A DNA stretch of 64,000 bases from Clostridia bacterium. GTDB taxonomy: Bacteria > Bacillota > Clostridia > Peptostreptococcales > JAAYPU01. The DNA lies in assembly GCA_016278615.1 (NCBI GenBank), contig JADQBM010000054.1:23104-87103 (forward strand), written 5' to 3'. Within the stretch, counting starts at the first letter, position 1; the number at the start of each line of letters is the position of its first letter. Positions 29,053 through 39,268 of the stretch are shown here, one piece after another. Under the pieces are notes generated by a model, which made no database searches, was not told where the DNA came from, and saw only the letters and a program-made list of their open reading frames with translations. Made by a program: the position numbers and the translations under genes.

Positions 29053-31695
29053 ATGAAATGGTTTATTAATCTTAAGATTTCAACCAAGCTCATAACAAGC
29101 TTCATTTTAGTAGCATGTTTAGCTGCAGCAGTAGGCGCAGTAGGATTTATTGGAATGTCAAATACTCAAAAGGCACAAGACGATATAGCGAGTGTTCGAC
29201 TGCCAAGTGTAAAAGCTTTATTAACCATGAGCGAAGCACAAACAGCGGTACTTACAGGGGAAAGAGGGCTCGTTAACAGACGGATGATGGATCCTGAAAT
29301 AAGAAATGTTCAATATCAGTATATAGAAGATGCATTTTCCAGAGCTGAAGAAGCATGGCGTATATATGAGCCACTTCCACAAACCCAAGATGAAGCAGTG
29401 ATGTGGAAACAATTTGTTCCCCAATGGGAAGACTGGAAAGAAAAAAGTGCTATTGTTGTAGCATTATCCAAAGAAAAGGATCAATTACTACAAGGGAGCG
29501 TGTCATTAGAGGACACCAGAATAACTGCTATGGATCAGGAGATTTTTGATGCCTCTTTAGAGTCACAAAAGTTTTTTATAATAGCAGAAACGACTTTGAA
29601 TCAACTGGTAGATGAAAATATGATAGAAGCTGAACGCCAAGATCAAGCGGCAGATGCTTCAAATGAAAAGATGACAATGATTCTAATAATTATTATTGCA
29701 TTAGCAGTTATTCTTGCCATTGCTTTAGGACTATTTATTAGTAGAATCATTAACAAACCACTTATTCAATTGAAGAAAGCTTCAGATAAGTTAGCAATTG
29801 GAGATATTGATATATTTTTTGAAGGTGAAAGCAAAGATGAAATAGGTCAGCTTATGAAATCTTTTAATGAGATGACAGAAGGTATAAAACAACAAGCTCT
29901 GGTTGCTGAAGAAATTTCAAGGGGAAACTTTGAGGTTGATGTTACAGTAAGAAGTGAACATGATATTTTAAATAAAAGCATGAAGAATATGAATGAAAAA
30001 ATCAAAAACATGCGCCAAGATATCAAGAACATAATCAAAAACATAGAAAATGGCCGATTTAACCTTGAAAGTAATGCAGAAGATTTTGATGGTGGATGGA
30101 AAGAAATCGTCTCGGGAATTTATCACGTTATTGGGTCATTTGTCAAATACTTTGATTCTCTACCTATTATTTTAATGACAGTTGATAAGGAATATTCCAT
30201 AAATTATTTGAATAAAACAGGGACAGATATGTTTGGAACAGATCATGATGGTATTTTCGGCAAAAAGTGCTATAACTACTTTAAAACAGATGACTGTAAA
30301 ACAGAAAAATGTATCTGTGAAAGGGCTATGGTAGACAAAAAAACATCCAGCGGTGATAACATATGCTATGCTGGAGATAATCCAATGTATATTTATTATT
30401 CGGGTATACCCATGATTGATGGTAATGGAGATATCACAGGGGTGCTGGAAATCGTATTGGATCAAACAAAAGTAAAACTGGCACAAATTGTAGCAGATAA
30501 ACAAGCCAAATATCAAGAAATAGAAGTAAAAAAGCTTATTGATAATTTGGATCTTCTAGCTCAAGGAAACCTGAACATTAAAACATCCTTAGCCGATTCC
30601 GATGAGGATACTAAGGGAATAGCAAATAACTTTATGAAAATTAACGATAGCCTAGAAACAAGCACCAATGAAATTAAATCCTATGTGGATGAACTGTCTA
30701 ATATATTATCGGACATGTCAGAAAAGGATTTCACCGGCGGCATAGAACGTGAATACCTAGGAGATTTCATCAAGCTTAAAGATTCCATTAACAATATTTT
30801 AGAACAATTCAATTCCGTACTTTCAGAAATTAATGCCTCTGCAGAGCAAGTTGAGTCCGGTGCTGACCAAGTAGCATCCTCAAGCCAAGGTCTGTCTCAA
30901 GGCTCCTCAGAGCAAGCAGGATCTGTAGAGGAAATCAGTGCAAGCATTACACAAGTAACAGAACAAACCAAAGAAAATGCTGTAAATGCCAATAAAGCCA
31001 ATGATCTATCGGTTAAAGCCAAAACAGATGCACAAAATGGCAATGCCCAGATGGCTGAAATGCTCAAAGCGATGAATGAAATAAAAGAATCCTCAAAAAA
31101 TATTTCAAACATCATAAAAGTCATAGATGAAATTGCATTCCAAACCAATATATTGGCCCTTAATGCTGCCGTAGAAGCAGCAAGAGCAGGAGAGCACGGC
31201 AAAGGCTTTGCAGTGGTAGCAGAAGAAGTAAGAAACCTTGCTGCAAGAAGTGCCAAAGCCGCAAAAGAGACAACAGAATTAATCGATAACTCCATCAACA
31301 AAGTAGACGAAGGCTACAAGATGGCCAATGATACGGCAGAAGCTTTAGGCCAGATCGTAACAGGCGTCACCAATGCAGTGGAAATCGTTAGCATGATTGC
31401 AGATGCCTCCAATGAACAAGCCAATGCAATAGGAGAAATCAATCAAGGAATTGAACAAATATCACAAGTGACCCAAAGCAATACAGCCACAGCAGAAGAG
31501 AGCGCATCCGCCAGTGAAGAAATGGCTGGACAAGCACAAATGCTCAAGAGTTTAATTCAAGAATTTAAATTACAAGAAACTGTGAAAAAGCTTCAAGGCA
31601 ATACCGCTCAAGTTAAAAAGTTAAATAAACCTAAAAGTAATAGAAATGCAGATATCGAAATATCCCTTAATGATGACAGCTTCGGAAAATATTAG
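29053..31695 (+). CDS. Methyl-accepting chemotaxis protein with periplasmic helical sensor, HAMP and a cytoplasmic 4-Cys PAS-like domain
   Basis: TM1, a ~180 aa periplasmic region and TM2. HAMP ([18 protein letters not shown]). Cys motif [22 protein letters not shown]. Conserved MCP signalling domain. Confidence 0.9.
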   Translation: MKWFINLKISTKLITSFILVACLAAAVGAVGFIGMSNTQKAQDDIASVRLPSVKALLTMSEAQTAVLTGERGLVNRRMMDPEIRNVQYQYIEDAFSRAEEAWRIYEPLPQTQDEAVMWKQFVPQWEDWKEKSAIVVALSKEKDQLLQGSVSLEDTRITAMDQEIFDASLESQKFFIIAETTLNQLVDENMIEAERQDQAADASNEKMTMILIIIIALAVILAIALGLFISRIINKPLIQLKKASDKLAIGDIDIFFEGESKDEIGQLMKSFNEMTEGIKQQALVAEEISRGNFEVDVTVRSEHDILNKSMKNMNEKIKNMRQDIKNIIKNIENGRFNLESNAEDFDGGWKEIVSGIYHVIGSFVKYFDSLPIILMTVDKEYSINYLNKTGTDMFGTDHDGIFGKKCYNYFKTDDCKTEKCICERAMVDKKTSSGDNICYAGDNPMYIYYSGIPMIDGNGDITGVLEIVLDQTKVKLAQIVADKQAKYQEIEVKKLIDNLDLLAQGNLNIKTSLADSDEDTKGIANNFMKINDSLETSTNEIKSYVDELSNILSDMSEKDFTGGIEREYLGDFIKLKDSINNILEQFNSVLSEINASAEQVESGADQVASSSQGLSQGSSEQAGSVEEISASITQVTEQTKENAVNANKANDLSVKAKTDAQNGNAQMAEMLKAMNEIKESSKNISNIIKVIDEIAFQTNILALNAAVEAARAGEHGKGFAVVAEEVRNLAARSAKAAKETTELIDNSINKVDEGYKMANDTAEALGQIVTGVTNAVEIVSMIADASNEQANAIGEINQGIEQISQVTQSNTATAEESASASEEMAGQAQMLKSLIQEFKLQETVKKLQGNTAQVKKLNKPKSNRNADIEISLNDDSFGKY

Positions 31696-31762
31696 AAGGG
31701 ATTGACAAGCAAGATATTACAAATAGCCGGTTTTACCAACAGAACAAAGTGAGGTGAAAAAC

Positions 31763-32227
31763 ATGACACAGTACCTAACATTCATTCTTGATGAAGAATA
31801 TTATGGCATAGATATCTCAAGTGTCATAGAGATCATTGGCATACAGAAAATTACGCAACTTCCTCAACAACCAGATTATGTAAATGGGGTTATTAATCTC
31901 AGAGGGAGAATCATACCTGCTTTAGATGTTCGGACAAGATTTAATAAAAAGAGAATTGAATATGACGAACGAACCTGTATTATCGTAGTGGATGTAAAAG
32001 ATACAATGGTAGGATTTATAGTAGATCGCGTAGACGAAGTTATGACCATATCAGATGAAAGTATTTCAGAACCTCCAAGGTTTAATGAAGACTTCAAAGG
32101 CAGATATGTCCAAGGCATTGCACGAGTTGAAGACAACATTATTATGTTGCTAGAAAGTGGATTGCTTTTATCAAGTCAGGAACTTCACGCAACAAAATCT
32201 TTACAAGATGTTGAAATGTTAGAATAA
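31763..32227 (+). CDS. cheW: Chemotaxis coupling protein CheW
   Basis: CheW-like sequence (VNGVINLRGRIIPALDVR). The start is MTQYLTF after SD GAGGTGA, the same arrangement as the paralog at 35427. Confidence 0.85.
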   Translation: MTQYLTFILDEEYYGIDISSVIEIIGIQKITQLPQQPDYVNGVINLRGRIIPALDVRTRFNKKRIEYDERTCIIVVDVKDTMVGFIVDRVDEVMTISDESISEPPRFNEDFKGRYVQGIARVEDNIIMLLESGLLLSSQELHATKSLQDVEMLE

Positions 32228-32238
32228 AAATAGTGGTA

Positions 32239-32284
32239 TATAGAAAAAAGCTAAGAAAAATATTCTTAGCTTTTTCTATATATA
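32239..32284 (+). terminator. Rho-independent terminator after cheW
   Basis: AGAAAAAGCTAAGAA / TTCTTAGCTTTTTCT long stem. Confidence 0.7.
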
Positions 32285-32614
32285 AAATTTTTTAAGTCAA
32301 CCCATGATGTTGAGTGTTGTTGATTAAAACTCATTAAAGTGATTTATATTCAATTAAGAGGGTAATAATAATGTACAGTATTTTATAATTAATATTTGTT
32401 GGAAAATCATTTTGCGATTTGCTAAAAGATAATAAAGAAAATAGTTAAAATTGAAAAAAGTCTATTTATAGAAAGAATTGTAATCGTAAAACTATTTAAA
32501 TGAGGTGATAAATTTTGACAAAATATTTGTTAATTCGACAATAACTGGTAGATTGTTTCAATAGACTGATTTATAATACAATTAACTATTCTATATAGCG
32601 TTAACAAAATATAA

Positions 32615-32695
32615 GTCTAAATGAAAGGGCAAACCTCTTGAAAGGGAGAGACGCAAAACTATAGGGCCTTAAAGGGCAGCCAGTTTCCAAGTTAG
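32615..32695 (+). promoter_or_regulatory. c-di-GMP-I (GEMM-I) riboswitch aptamer
   Basis: GGGCAAACCUCUUGAAAGGGAGAGACGCAAAACUAUAGGGCC...GGGCAGCCAGUUUCC. It contains GGCAAACC, a GAAA-capped hairpin, ACGCAAA and AGCCAGUUnCC in the canonical order. It lies ~90 nt upstream of the MCP start. Confidence 0.75.
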
Positions 32696-32781
32696 ATTTT
32701 TTCTTTTAGAAAGGAGGCGTATAATACTATAACTTTAGTCAGACAAAATATAAAATTGAAAGCAAGATGAGGAGGATTTAT

Positions 32782-35376
32782 ATGTCAATATTTCTTAATC
32801 GTAAAATTGCTACAAAGATGATTACCGGGTTTGTTTTGGTTGCGCTTATTGCTGCAGTTGTTGGGGTTATAGGCATACAAAACATGCATGTTATTGATGA
32901 AGCAGATACAGAGCTTTATGAATTAAATTTGGTTCCTATCGTTTATCTTGGGGAGATGACCCAGACGTTTCAGGAAATACGTAGTTATATGTACTATGCC
33001 ATTCTTGCAGAAACCCCTGAAGCAAAAGCAGAGGCTCTTGATAGAATGATTGCGAGAAGGACTGTATTTAGTGAGGCCTATGAAGCTTTTGGGGCAATAC
33101 CCATGACGGAAGATGAGCAGGCGAAATATAATGAACTTACTGAAGCGCGAAAAGACTATGCAGATGCTTATAACCAGGCCATGGAGTTCATTGAAGAAAA
33201 CAGGATTTCAGAAGCCATTGCAATAGTAGGAGACGACGGCGCATATGGCATAGCCCTTAAGGCTGAACAGGACATTATTACTGAAATAGTAGAAATGAAA
33301 ACAGAAAACGCACAAGCACAAGCAGAAAACAATACTGAAACAGCAAACTCAGCAACAACAATGATGATTATTATTATAGCCGCTGGAGTCATTGTCGCTA
33401 TTCTTATAGGCATCTTCTTAAGTCGCATTATTGCAACGCCCATTAAGAAAGTAACCAATGCTGCCCAAAGACTTTCTTTAGGAGATATTAATGTCAATGT
33501 AGAATCCACAAGCAAAGATGAAATAGGATTACTGACCAACGCTTTCTCAGAAATGGTAGAAAACATCAAGGAGCAGGCAGAAAATGCCCAAAGAATTGCT
33601 GAAGGCGATTTATCCATAGAAATCGAAGAGAAATCGGATAAAGATGTTTTAGCACTAAGTATGAAGAAGGTAGTAGATTCTTTAAGAACATTAGAAGAAG
33701 AACAACAACAATTAATTGATGCGGTTGTTCATGGTAAACTGGATCATCGTGGGCAGACAGATAAGTTTAATGGTGCCTATAAAAATATAGTCAGTGGCAT
33801 CAATCAGCTAGTTGGGTCTTTGGTTAACTATTTTGAAATAATACCCAATCCTATACAGTTTATGGATAAAGATTTGAATTTTCTGTATATGAACAAGACA
33901 GCCAGCAGTCTTCTGGGGAAATCAAAAGAAGAGCTTAAAGGAACCATGTGTGCAGATGCATGGAAGACCAGTAAGTGCTTGAAGGCAGATTGTCCTTGTG
34001 CTCGTTCAATGAAAGAAAATGAAGTTGTATTAGCCGATAATGATTGTGATATAGGTGGAAAGCATTATGACATCTACTGTACAGGAGCACCTATAAAAGA
34101 TTTACAAGGTAATATCGTGGGATCCTTTGAATTTGTTATGGACCAATCAGATGTGAAACAAGCACAAAGAGTTGCACAAAAAGTATCTGATTATCAAGGA
34201 AAAGAAGTCGTAAAAATAAGAGAGCAGCTAGAGAAATTATCAGAAGGAGACTTAGATATTTCAGTTCAGATAGAAAACGGAGACATGGATACACAAGAAG
34301 CTCGAGCAGCATTAAACGAGATAGCAGATGCGGTTAACAAAACAGCTAAACAGCTAAAGGATATAATAAAAGAAATATCAATGGTTTTATCAGAAATGGC
34401 AGATAAAAATCTGGATATAGAAATAGAGACACAATACCTTGGTGAATTTGTACAGCTAAAAGATTCTATAAATTACATAATTGAATCTTTCAATGTAACC
34501 CTTGGTGAAATCAATGCTTCTGCAGAGCAAGTAGGGTCAGGAGCGAATCAGGTAGCTTCCTCGAGTCAAGACTTGTCCCAAGGTTCATCAGAGCAAGCAG
34601 GCTCCGTAGAAGAAATCAGTGCAAGCATTACACAAGTAGCAGAACAAACCAAAGAAAATGCACAGAATGCAACCAAAGCCAATGATTTATCTGGGAAAGC
34701 AAAAGAAGATGCGCAAAATGGCAATGCCCAGATGGCTGAAATGCTCAAAGCGATGAATGAAATAAAAGAATCCTCAAAGAATATTTCAAATATCATAAAA
34801 GTCATTGATGAAATTGCATTCCAAACCAATATATTAGCATTAAATGCTGCTGTAGAAGCGGCGAGAGCAGGAGAACACGGAAAAGGTTTTGCTGTGGTAG
34901 CAGAAGAAGTGAGAAACTTAGCAGCTCGAAGTGCTAAGGCAGCAAAAGAGACAACGGAATTAATCGATAATTCCATCAATAAGGTGGATGAAGGTTATAA
35001 AATGGCCAATGATACAGCAGAAGCTTTAGGCAAGATTGTAACAGGTGTTACCAATGCAGAAGAGATTGTTGGAATGATAGCAGATGCCTCTAACGAGCAA
35101 GCCAATGCAATAGGAGAAATCAATCAAGGAATTGAGCAGATTTCTCAGGTAACCCAAAGCAATACCGCCACAGCAGAAGAAAGTGCATCCGCTAGTGAAG
35201 AAATGTCTGGACAAGCTCAGATGCTGAAAGAATTAATTCAGGAATTTAGGCTCAGAGACACAGGCAAAAAATTATCTGGAAACACCATAAATAGCAAAAA
35301 GATACAAGGGCCAAGAGCCAATGGAAAGGCAGATATTAAAATATCTTTAGACGATGACAGCTTTGGAAAATACTAG
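32782..35376 (+). CDS. Methyl-accepting chemotaxis protein (paralog of 29053-31695) with 4-Cys PAS-like domain
   Basis: Same architecture as the 29053 paralog. Cys motif [22 protein letters not shown]. The start is ATG 32782 after SD GAGGAGG. The track start at 32767 lies inside the SD. Confidence 0.9.
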   Translation: MSIFLNRKIATKMITGFVLVALIAAVVGVIGIQNMHVIDEADTELYELNLVPIVYLGEMTQTFQEIRSYMYYAILAETPEAKAEALDRMIARRTVFSEAYEAFGAIPMTEDEQAKYNELTEARKDYADAYNQAMEFIEENRISEAIAIVGDDGAYGIALKAEQDIITEIVEMKTENAQAQAENNTETANSATTMMIIIIAAGVIVAILIGIFLSRIIATPIKKVTNAAQRLSLGDINVNVESTSKDEIGLLTNAFSEMVENIKEQAENAQRIAEGDLSIEIEEKSDKDVLALSMKKVVDSLRTLEEEQQQLIDAVVHGKLDHRGQTDKFNGAYKNIVSGINQLVGSLVNYFEIIPNPIQFMDKDLNFLYMNKTASSLLGKSKEELKGTMCADAWKTSKCLKADCPCARSMKENEVVLADNDCDIGGKHYDIYCTGAPIKDLQGNIVGSFEFVMDQSDVKQAQRVAQKVSDYQGKEVVKIREQLEKLSEGDLDISVQIENGDMDTQEARAALNEIADAVNKTAKQLKDIIKEISMVLSEMADKNLDIEIETQYLGEFVQLKDSINYIIESFNVTLGEINASAEQVGSGANQVASSSQDLSQGSSEQAGSVEEISASITQVAEQTKENAQNATKANDLSGKAKEDAQNGNAQMAEMLKAMNEIKESSKNISNIIKVIDEIAFQTNILALNAAVEAARAGEHGKGFAVVAEEVRNLAARSAKAAKETTELIDNSINKVDEGYKMANDTAEALGKIVTGVTNAEEIVGMIADASNEQANAIGEINQGIEQISQVTQSNTATAEESASASEEMSGQAQMLKELIQEFRLRDTGKKLSGNTINSKKIQGPRANGKADIKISLDDDSFGKY

Positions 35377-35426
35377 TGAAATAGAATCTATAACTTCTAT
35401 TAAATGCAACAAAGCGAGGTGAAAAA

Positions 35427-35891
35427 ATGACTCAATATCTGACTTTTATTCTTGATGAAGAGCATTATGGAATCGCTATTTCTAATGTAATTGAGATTGT
35501 TGGTATGCAAAAGATTACCCAAATGCCACAACAGCCCGATTATGTAAATGGCGTTATTAATCTTCGAGGAAGAATCATACCAACCATAGATGTTCGAACA
35601 AGATTTAACAAGGAAAAAGCCGAATATGACGAACGTACTTGTATCATAGTAGTTGATGTTCAGGAAACCATGGTAGGCTTTATCGTGGATCGAGTAGATG
35701 AAGTGTTAACCATACAAGATGAAAACATATCCGAACCTCCAAGATTTAATCAGGATTTTAAGGGGCGATATGTTAAAGGAATTGCGAAAGTAGAGGATAT
35801 TATTATCATGCTACTAGAGAGTGAACGATTGCTCTTGGAAAAAGAATTAAAAGAAGCAAGTTCCTTGAAAAACGAACAAGCTATAGTTTAA
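35427..35891 (+). CDS. cheW: Chemotaxis coupling protein CheW (paralog)
   Basis: Near-collinear with 31763-32227 (MTQYLTFILDEEHYGI...). Confidence 0.85.
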   Translation: MTQYLTFILDEEHYGIAISNVIEIVGMQKITQMPQQPDYVNGVINLRGRIIPTIDVRTRFNKEKAEYDERTCIIVVDVQETMVGFIVDRVDEVLTIQDENISEPPRFNQDFKGRYVKGIAKVEDIIIMLLESERLLLEKELKEASSLKNEQAIV

Positions 35892-35897
35892 AACAAA

Positions 35898-35924
35898 AGG
35901 GGCCTCCATTGGAGGTCTCTTTTA
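35898..35924 (+). terminator. Rho-independent terminator after the second cheW
   Basis: GGGGCCTCC ATT GGAGGTCTC hairpin followed by TTTT. Confidence 0.65.
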
Positions 35925-36031
35925 AGTATGAAGGTAGCTTTTTACATATTACAAATAATATTTTGAGGCATTCATAGGTGACAAAAAATGATATAATTGG
36001 ATAAAATAATGTGATTATAAAGGTGTTTTAT

Positions 36032-37213
36032 ATGGAAGCATATATTGCAAGGCAACCGATATTTGATCGAAAAATGAATGTATATGGATATGAACTCCTG
36101 TACAGGAAAGGTTTAAACAATTTCTATGAAGGCTTGGATGATGGTCAATCCACCTCGGAATTGATTCGAAATGCCTTTCTTGTCATGCAGTTTAATGAGC
36201 TAACAAATGGGACAAAAGCATTTATTAACTTTTCCAGAAAGCTCTTGGAGAACCAAACGCCTCTACTGTTACCAAAGGAGACAATTGTAGTTGAAATATT
36301 AGAAAGAGTAGAAGCAAATGAAGTGGTGATAGAATCCTGCAAAGAACTGAAAAGAAAGGGATATATATTAGCTTTAGATGATTTTGTCTTTAATGAAGCA
36401 TTTTTACCTCTTATTGAATTAGCAGATATTATTAAAATTGAATTTAATGCGGTTCCCCAAAAAGAGCAGTTGAGATTAATAAAAAAGTATAAAGGGATAA
36501 AGTTTTTAGCAGAAAAAATTGAGACAAGAGAAGATTATGAAATCGCTTCAGAAATGGGATATGATTTCTTTCAAGGCTACTTTTTCAGCAAACCCGTTAT
36601 TTTAGCCAGTAAGAAAATTGAAGTATTGAACAGTAATCTCATTAAAATGATAGAAGAGCTTAATCAAGAAGAACCCAATTATCAAAAAGTTGTTGAGATT
36701 ATAGAAAGGGATTTAGGCCTTACCTATAAGTTGTTAAAGCTCGCCAATTCTACTTTTTTTGCATCTCAAAATAAAATATATTCCATTAAGCAGGCTTTAG
36801 TTCGGTTAGGTATTGGAGAAATGAAAAAATGGGCATATTTAATGACCTTGCGAGAAATCCGAAATAATAAGAATAATGAATTAATAATTAATTGCTTGGT
36901 TCGAGGAAAATCAATGGAACTGCTATCTATTGAAATGGGAATGAAAAACAAACATTTAGAATTCTTTTTAACGGGCATGTTTTCATCTATGGATACACTT
37001 CTCAACCGAAAAATGGAAGATATTATTATTGATCTACCTTTAACCAGCGACGTTGAGGAAGCCTTGTTAAAGAAAGACAACCAATTAAGAAGGGTATTAG
37101 ACAAAGTCATCTGCTATGAGTTGGGACGCTGGGATCAAGTAGGTGAAGTATTTAGCCAGGGTGTAACAAGTGAACGCTTTACGGATCTCTATTTTAAAGC
37201 TTTGAAGTGGTAA
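36032..37213 (+). CDS. EAL-domain c-di-GMP phosphodiesterase with C-terminal HDOD-like domain (PdeH/YuxH-like architecture)
   Basis: ARQPIFDRK, VVEILERV (EAL variant EIL), LALDDFV, FLAEKIETRE, GYDFFQGYFFSKP. The C-terminal ~190 aa is HDOD-like. The start is set at MEAYIARQ. Confidence 0.75.
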   Translation: MEAYIARQPIFDRKMNVYGYELLYRKGLNNFYEGLDDGQSTSELIRNAFLVMQFNELTNGTKAFINFSRKLLENQTPLLLPKETIVVEILERVEANEVVIESCKELKRKGYILALDDFVFNEAFLPLIELADIIKIEFNAVPQKEQLRLIKKYKGIKFLAEKIETREDYEIASEMGYDFFQGYFFSKPVILASKKIEVLNSNLIKMIEELNQEEPNYQKVVEIIERDLGLTYKLLKLANSTFFASQNKIYSIKQALVRLGIGEMKKWAYLMTLREIRNNKNNELIINCLVRGKSMELLSIEMGMKNKHLEFFLTGMFSSMDTLLNRKMEDIIIDLPLTSDVEEALLKKDNQLRRVLDKVICYELGRWDQVGEVFSQGVTSERFTDLYFKALKW

Positions 37214-37342
37214 ATGAAGTTAATAATTAAAGATATTTGTTAAAACAACAGCCCTTTAGTCGAGACATGTTTATCCATGGATAAACATGCCGTCAATAAA
37301 TCATTTGACTGTAAAAGAAGGATAAAAGCAAGAGATAGAAAC

Positions 37343-38326
37343 CTAAAAGAAATTTTCTAAAAAAATAGCATTAGACAAGCCAGACAAATAGTCATCAATA
37401 TTAGTAGAGAAGATGACTTTTTCTAAAGCATTATAATCATAAGGCACTTCTTTAAGCATCATTTCCAGTTCACTGATATCTTTCTTTCCGAAAAAGTCGC
37501 CAATAATATAGGCTTCTTTGATAATGCCATTTATTAAATTTAAGCGTAATTCCACATTGCCTTTGGCATATTTAAAGTTATTTTTGAAAGTAAATTCAGA
37601 AAAACTTTTATAATTCCACTCAAATGTAGAATATTTTGTCTCAGATAGCTGCTGAATATGAAATTTATCTTCTTCGGACAGTGAATAACTCTGACAATTA
37701 GGGAAATTTTCCATTATATAATCTGTTATTAAGTTGGAGAATTCTTTGATGGTTATTTTTTCGTTCAAGTAATCATATATATTTCCAACTCGGCTTCGAA
37801 CGGACTTAATCGCCTTATCCTCGAATTTACTCTCTGATACATTAAGAGAAGCAGCCAAAGAAGGTATATCTGAATTAAATAGTAAAGTTCCGTGGTGAAG
37901 GACCTTGGAGGAAGTATAATACTGTGCATTTCCTGATATCTTTTTACCCTCTATTGTTAAATCATTTCGACCAGAAAACTCTGCAGGAACACCAAGGGTA
38001 TGCAACACATCTAAAACTGGTTTGGTGTATTCCCTGAAGACGGAATCCATCTCTTTGCTCTTATTTTCCACAATGAAACAGAAATTCAGATTCCCAAAAT
38101 CATGATAGACAGCGCCACCTCCTGACATTCTTCGAACTACGGGCAAATCATGTTGTCTGACATAATTTTGATTGATTTCTGAGTAAGTATTTTGGTTTTT
38201 TCCTATGATGATGCAGGGTGAATTGATATATAACATAAAGATGTTATCCTGCATTTTATTAAGCAAATACTCTTCAGAAGCAATATTTTCATAGCAAAGT
38301 GAAAAAGGACTAACGATGCATTTCAT
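37343..38326 (-). CDS. lplA: Lipoate-protein ligase A
   Basis: VVRRMSGGGAVYHDFGNLNF and GKKISGNAQY motifs. The length of 327 aa fits. Confidence 0.8.
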   Translation of the reverse strand: MKCIVSPFSLCYENIASEEYLLNKMQDNIFMLYINSPCIIIGKNQNTYSEINQNYVRQHDLPVVRRMSGGGAVYHDFGNLNFCFIVENKSKEMDSVFREYTKPVLDVLHTLGVPAEFSGRNDLTIEGKKISGNAQYYTSSKVLHHGTLLFNSDIPSLAASLNVSESKFEDKAIKSVRSRVGNIYDYLNEKITIKEFSNLITDYIMENFPNCQSYSLSEEDKFHIQQLSETKYSTFEWNYKSFSEFTFKNNFKYAKGNVELRLNLINGIIKEAYIIGDFFGKKDISELEMMLKEVPYDYNALEKVIFSTNIDDYLSGLSNAIFLENFF

Positions 38327-38588
38327 AGTAACCTCCCAAGGAAATCTTTTATTTTCTTATGCGTTTATATTCCAAAACAATTTATTCTACCGATCTTTCT
38401 ATTAAGTCAATGATTGTTTTTAAGTTTAACAGATGAATTATTTTAAAGCAAGGCCATGCCTTTTGTGTATCCACATAAAGTACTTTGCTTCATTTTTTAA
38501 AGCTTCCTGTTCTATTTTTATATGAACCAATCTTCTAAAATCGACATAATATATATTGAACTCCCAAAATATTAAAGGAGAGGTATAA

Positions 38589-39077
38589 ATGAGTCATAAT
38601 GCAAGCAATAATAACATTGGCGGTATCGAGAACCGCGAATGCGATTGCTGTTTACAAGACTGTGACAGAATCAGAGACAAAAGTGAAAAGGCATTGGCAC
38701 AAGCGGATAAAAATTTAGATAATGCAGTTGATTCACTTAAAGATACAATTTGCCAGCTTAAAAAATGGAGAAAATGCCAATGTATTGGGGATCAGCTAGA
38801 AGCAGCCGCTGAAGATTGTGAAAGAGCAAATAATAGAATCATCAGATGTGTTAAACCAACCATGCGGATTGCAAGACGTAGAACCCCACGTAACCCTCTT
38901 TTGGTCGCAGCAGCCAGGGCAGAAGCTCAGGGGGAAAATTTAGTCAACAGAGCTTTTTGTATGTTAGAAAAGTCTCTGTGTCTTCTAAAACAAGCCGAGA
39001 AATGTTTTGATAAAGCCGAGGCACTTGAAAATGCAGCAGAGAACTTAAACGATAGAAAACCTTGCTGTTGTAGATAA
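38589..39077 (+). CDS. Cysteine-rich helical hypothetical protein (162 aa)
   Basis: SD AAAGGAGAGG. 16 Cys, including CDCC at the N-terminus and CCC at the C-terminus. Ala/Glu-rich predicted helices. It has its own terminator. Confidence 0.55.
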   Translation: MSHNASNNNIGGIENRECDCCLQDCDRIRDKSEKALAQADKNLDNAVDSLKDTICQLKKWRKCQCIGDQLEAAAEDCERANNRIIRCVKPTMRIARRRTPRNPLLVAAARAEAQGENLVNRAFCMLEKSLCLLKQAEKCFDKAEALENAAENLNDRKPCCCR

Positions 39078-39112
39078 TAAAATAGTTGAATTCATTTAGT
39101 TACAGTATATAT

Positions 39113-39138
39113 GGCCCTGCTTGAAACTAAGCAGGGCC
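39113..39138 (+). terminator. Hairpin terminator
   Basis: GGCCCTGCTT / AAGCAGGGCC perfect 10-bp stem. The T-run is weak. Confidence 0.55.
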
Positions 39139-39268
39139 AATTTAACAGTATATTTAAACTCAGCAGCCAAATATTTATTTTAATTCGACATTTTGTTTGA
39201 TTTAAACAAAGGAGTTTCTATGTTTTGAAAGAATATAGTAAATAATCATTACAAATTGGAGGTGAATT

